Shown: positions 16,470 through 18,079 of the stretch, in pieces | Layout of the letters: every line of letters begins with the position of its first letter | Position numbering within the stretch: the stretch's first letter is position 1 | NCBI GenBank assembly: GCA_049699855.1 | Contig: JBNAWM010000017.1 | Span: 1-18,079 of the forward strand | DNA: 18,079 bases | Direction: 5' to 3' | Source of the DNA: Candidatus Cryosericum sp. | GTDB lineage: Bacteria > Caldisericota > Caldisericia > Cryosericales > Cryosericaceae | Translations under genes and position numbers: made by a program | The notes under the pieces: model-generated | Seen by the model: only the letters and a program-made list of their open reading frames with translations | Databases searched by the model: none | What the model was told of the DNA's origin: nothing

Positions 16470-17582
16470 TCAGTGTACGTCATTCAGGTAGTGGTCCAGG
16501 TGATCCAGGACCTGAGCAGAGGTCGTGCCATCTCCATAGGGATTTGTGCTGGCGCCGTCGGTCACAGCGAAACCTCTCTCGGAAAGATGCTCAAAGGATG
16601 AAACAATAAGCTCTTCATTTTGTCCTACCAGCGACACCCACCCACTGGACACCGCCTCGGGTCGCTCAGTTACCTCACGCAGCAGCAGCATGGGCTTGTG
16701 AAGCGTCACGGCTTCCTCCTGAATTCCACCGGAGTCGCTCAGCACCGCAACACACTTCTCCAGCATATACAGGAAGTCGAAGTAGGGAAGAGGATCCGTC
16801 AAAACCACGTTCGGCAGTCCTGAAGCGATGCCAAACACGGTCTCCCTCACGACTGGATTGAGATGTACGGGAAAAACGAATGTAAGCTCAGGATGAAGTG
16901 TGGAAAGCCGCACGAGCGCATCCGAGAAAATCGCAATGCCACTGTCCCAGTTCTCACGCCGATGTGCTGTCATGATCACTAGCGGGCTGCCGGGCCGGAT
17001 TTTCGACATGACTGTCGGCGGGTGGAGATGCGGCAGTGCCATTTGCACGGCATCGACGATGGAGTTGCCGACCACGTCGATCCTGTCTGGATCGACCCCC
17101 GAAGCAAGGAGGTTCTGCCGAGCCTCGTCGGTGGGCGCAAAGCACACGTCCGCGACCTGATCCGTGAGCATGCGGTTGACCTCTTCGGGAAAGGGACTGA
17201 ACTTCTGATGAGAACGCAGGCCGGCCTCGATATGACCAACGGGAATCTTGGCATACGTCGCCATGAGCGCACCCATAAACGTTGTTGTCGTGTCGCCGTG
17301 CACCAGAACCATCTCAGGCTTCACCTCGGCCAGTGCATCCGAGATCCGTGTCGCAAGGGCCGCCGTCAGATAGGGGAGCGTCTGCCGCTCCTGCATGACG
17401 CGAAGGTCACGCCAGACGCGGATGTCGAACATCTTCACCACGTCATCCAGCATCTGCATGTGCTGACCGGTAAGAAGCACCAAGCTCTCGAACCTGGGGT
17501 CTGCTTCCAGCGCCTTGGCGATGGGTGCCATCTTGATCGCTTCGGGACGAGTTCCAAAGATGGAGAGAATCCTGCGACTCAC
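16470..17582 (-). CDS. wecB: UDP-N-acetylglucosamine 2-epimerase (non-hydrolysing), 370 aa
   Basis: FGTRPEAIKMAP, TGQH, VHGDTTT, GHIEAGLRS, PFPEE.NR, TAHRREN, DSGGIQEEA, TERPEA, NPYGDG. Probable GTG start at 17582 with GGGAG 9 nt upstream, 1 nt after the upstream stop. Confidence 0.97.
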   Translation of the reverse strand: MSRRILSIFGTRPEAIKMAPIAKALEADPRFESLVLLTGQHMQMLDDVVKMFDIRVWRDLRVMQERQTLPYLTAALATRISDALAEVKPEMVLVHGDTTTTFMGALMATYAKIPVGHIEAGLRSHQKFSPFPEEVNRMLTDQVADVCFAPTDEARQNLLASGVDPDRIDVVGNSIVDAVQMALPHLHPPTVMSKIRPGSPLVIMTAHRRENWDSGIAIFSDALVRLSTLHPELTFVFPVHLNPVVRETVFGIASGLPNVVLTDPLPYFDFLYMLEKCVAVLSDSGGIQEEAVTLHKPMLLLREVTERPEAVSSGWVSLVGQNEELIVSSFEHLSERGFAVTDGASTNPYGDGTTSAQVLDHLDHYLNDVH

Positions 17583-17583
17583 G

Positions 17584-18079
17584 TCAACGCACTCCCACGA
17601 GGGCGATGACAAGCCCAATCGAACAGAGCACTACGGTTACCAGATAGTACAGCGTCGCGATGCGGCGCTGACTCCATCCTCGAAACAGCAGGCGATAATG
17701 GAAGTGACCATTGTCAGCTTCCATGGGCGACTGGTGTCTGGCCGCACGCCGGAAAATGCTCGAAATGGTTTCGGCAATCGGAATACCAAGCGCAAAGATG
17801 GCGACAATGAACATCACGGTCGTAGGAAGCTTCAAGGCTCCATACACCGAGAGCGATGCAATCATAAATCCGAGAAACTCAGACCCGGCATCGCCCAGAA
17901 AAATGCGTGCCGGATTGTAATTAAAGACCAGAAACCCAAGGGCTGCTCCGACCAGCGCAATAAGCATTGCTCCCATCGTCGCCATCCCTTTGAATGCAGC
18001 AAAAAAGAACATGGCAAGAAGGATGAGCGACCCCACTCCGCCGGCAAGGCCGTCCAGTCCGTCAATGAGGTTCATAGCA
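17584..18079 (-). CDS. MraY-superfamily undecaprenyl-phosphate GlcNAc-1-phosphate transferase (WecA/TagO-like), 5'-truncated
   Basis: NLIDGLDGLA, FNYNPARIFLGDAGS, RRAAR...AD.GHFHYRLL, multiple TM segments. Adjacent to wecB, and the frame runs off the window. Confidence 0.92.
   Translation of the reverse strand, partial: AMNLIDGLDGLAGGVGSLILLAMFFFAAFKGMATMGAMLIALVGAALGFLVFNYNPARIFLGDAGSEFLGFMIASLSVYGALKLPTTVMFIVAIFALGIPIAETISSIFRRAARHQSPMEADNGHFHYRLLFRGWSQRRIATLYYLVTVVLCSIGLVIALVGVR

Noticed and set aside
4039..17609. Numerous 100-250 aa antisense or off-frame ORFs in the ORF track
   Set aside because: They overlap confidently identified housekeeping genes, are expected in GC-rich coding DNA and show no family motifs.

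Overview
A gene-dense housekeeping region of a moderately GC-rich bacterium using the standard genetic code (13 of the 18 genes end in TGA). The + strand carries a tightly coupled run: secA (5'-truncated), prfB, YitT-family gene, ftsE, ftsX, coiled-coil M23 peptidase, S41 protease, gmk, divergent rpoZ-like ORF, metK, priA, def, fmt. It converges on a 314-bp intergenic region (13587-13900) with a - strand run: wecA/tagO-like (5'-truncated), wecB, murA, DUF59/SufT-like gene, tyrosine recombinase. Three things stand out. (1) prfB starts at ATG 2062 and has its internal TGA at the canonical codon 26, but the rest of RF2 continues in the SAME frame, with no CTT slippery codon and no internal Shine-Dalgarno. 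This suggests RF2 autoregulation by stop-codon readthrough instead of the usual +1 frameshift. (2) A near-palindromic 11-6-11 dif-like site (13625-13652) lies just downstream of an operon-embedded tyrosine recombinase, 10 bp from a perfect DnaA box. (3) PriA keeps its 8-Cys zinc region but has lost its helicase motifs. No rRNA, tRNA, CRISPR array or transposase was recognised. Comparisons with E. coli and B. subtilis sequences are from memory, not from a search.
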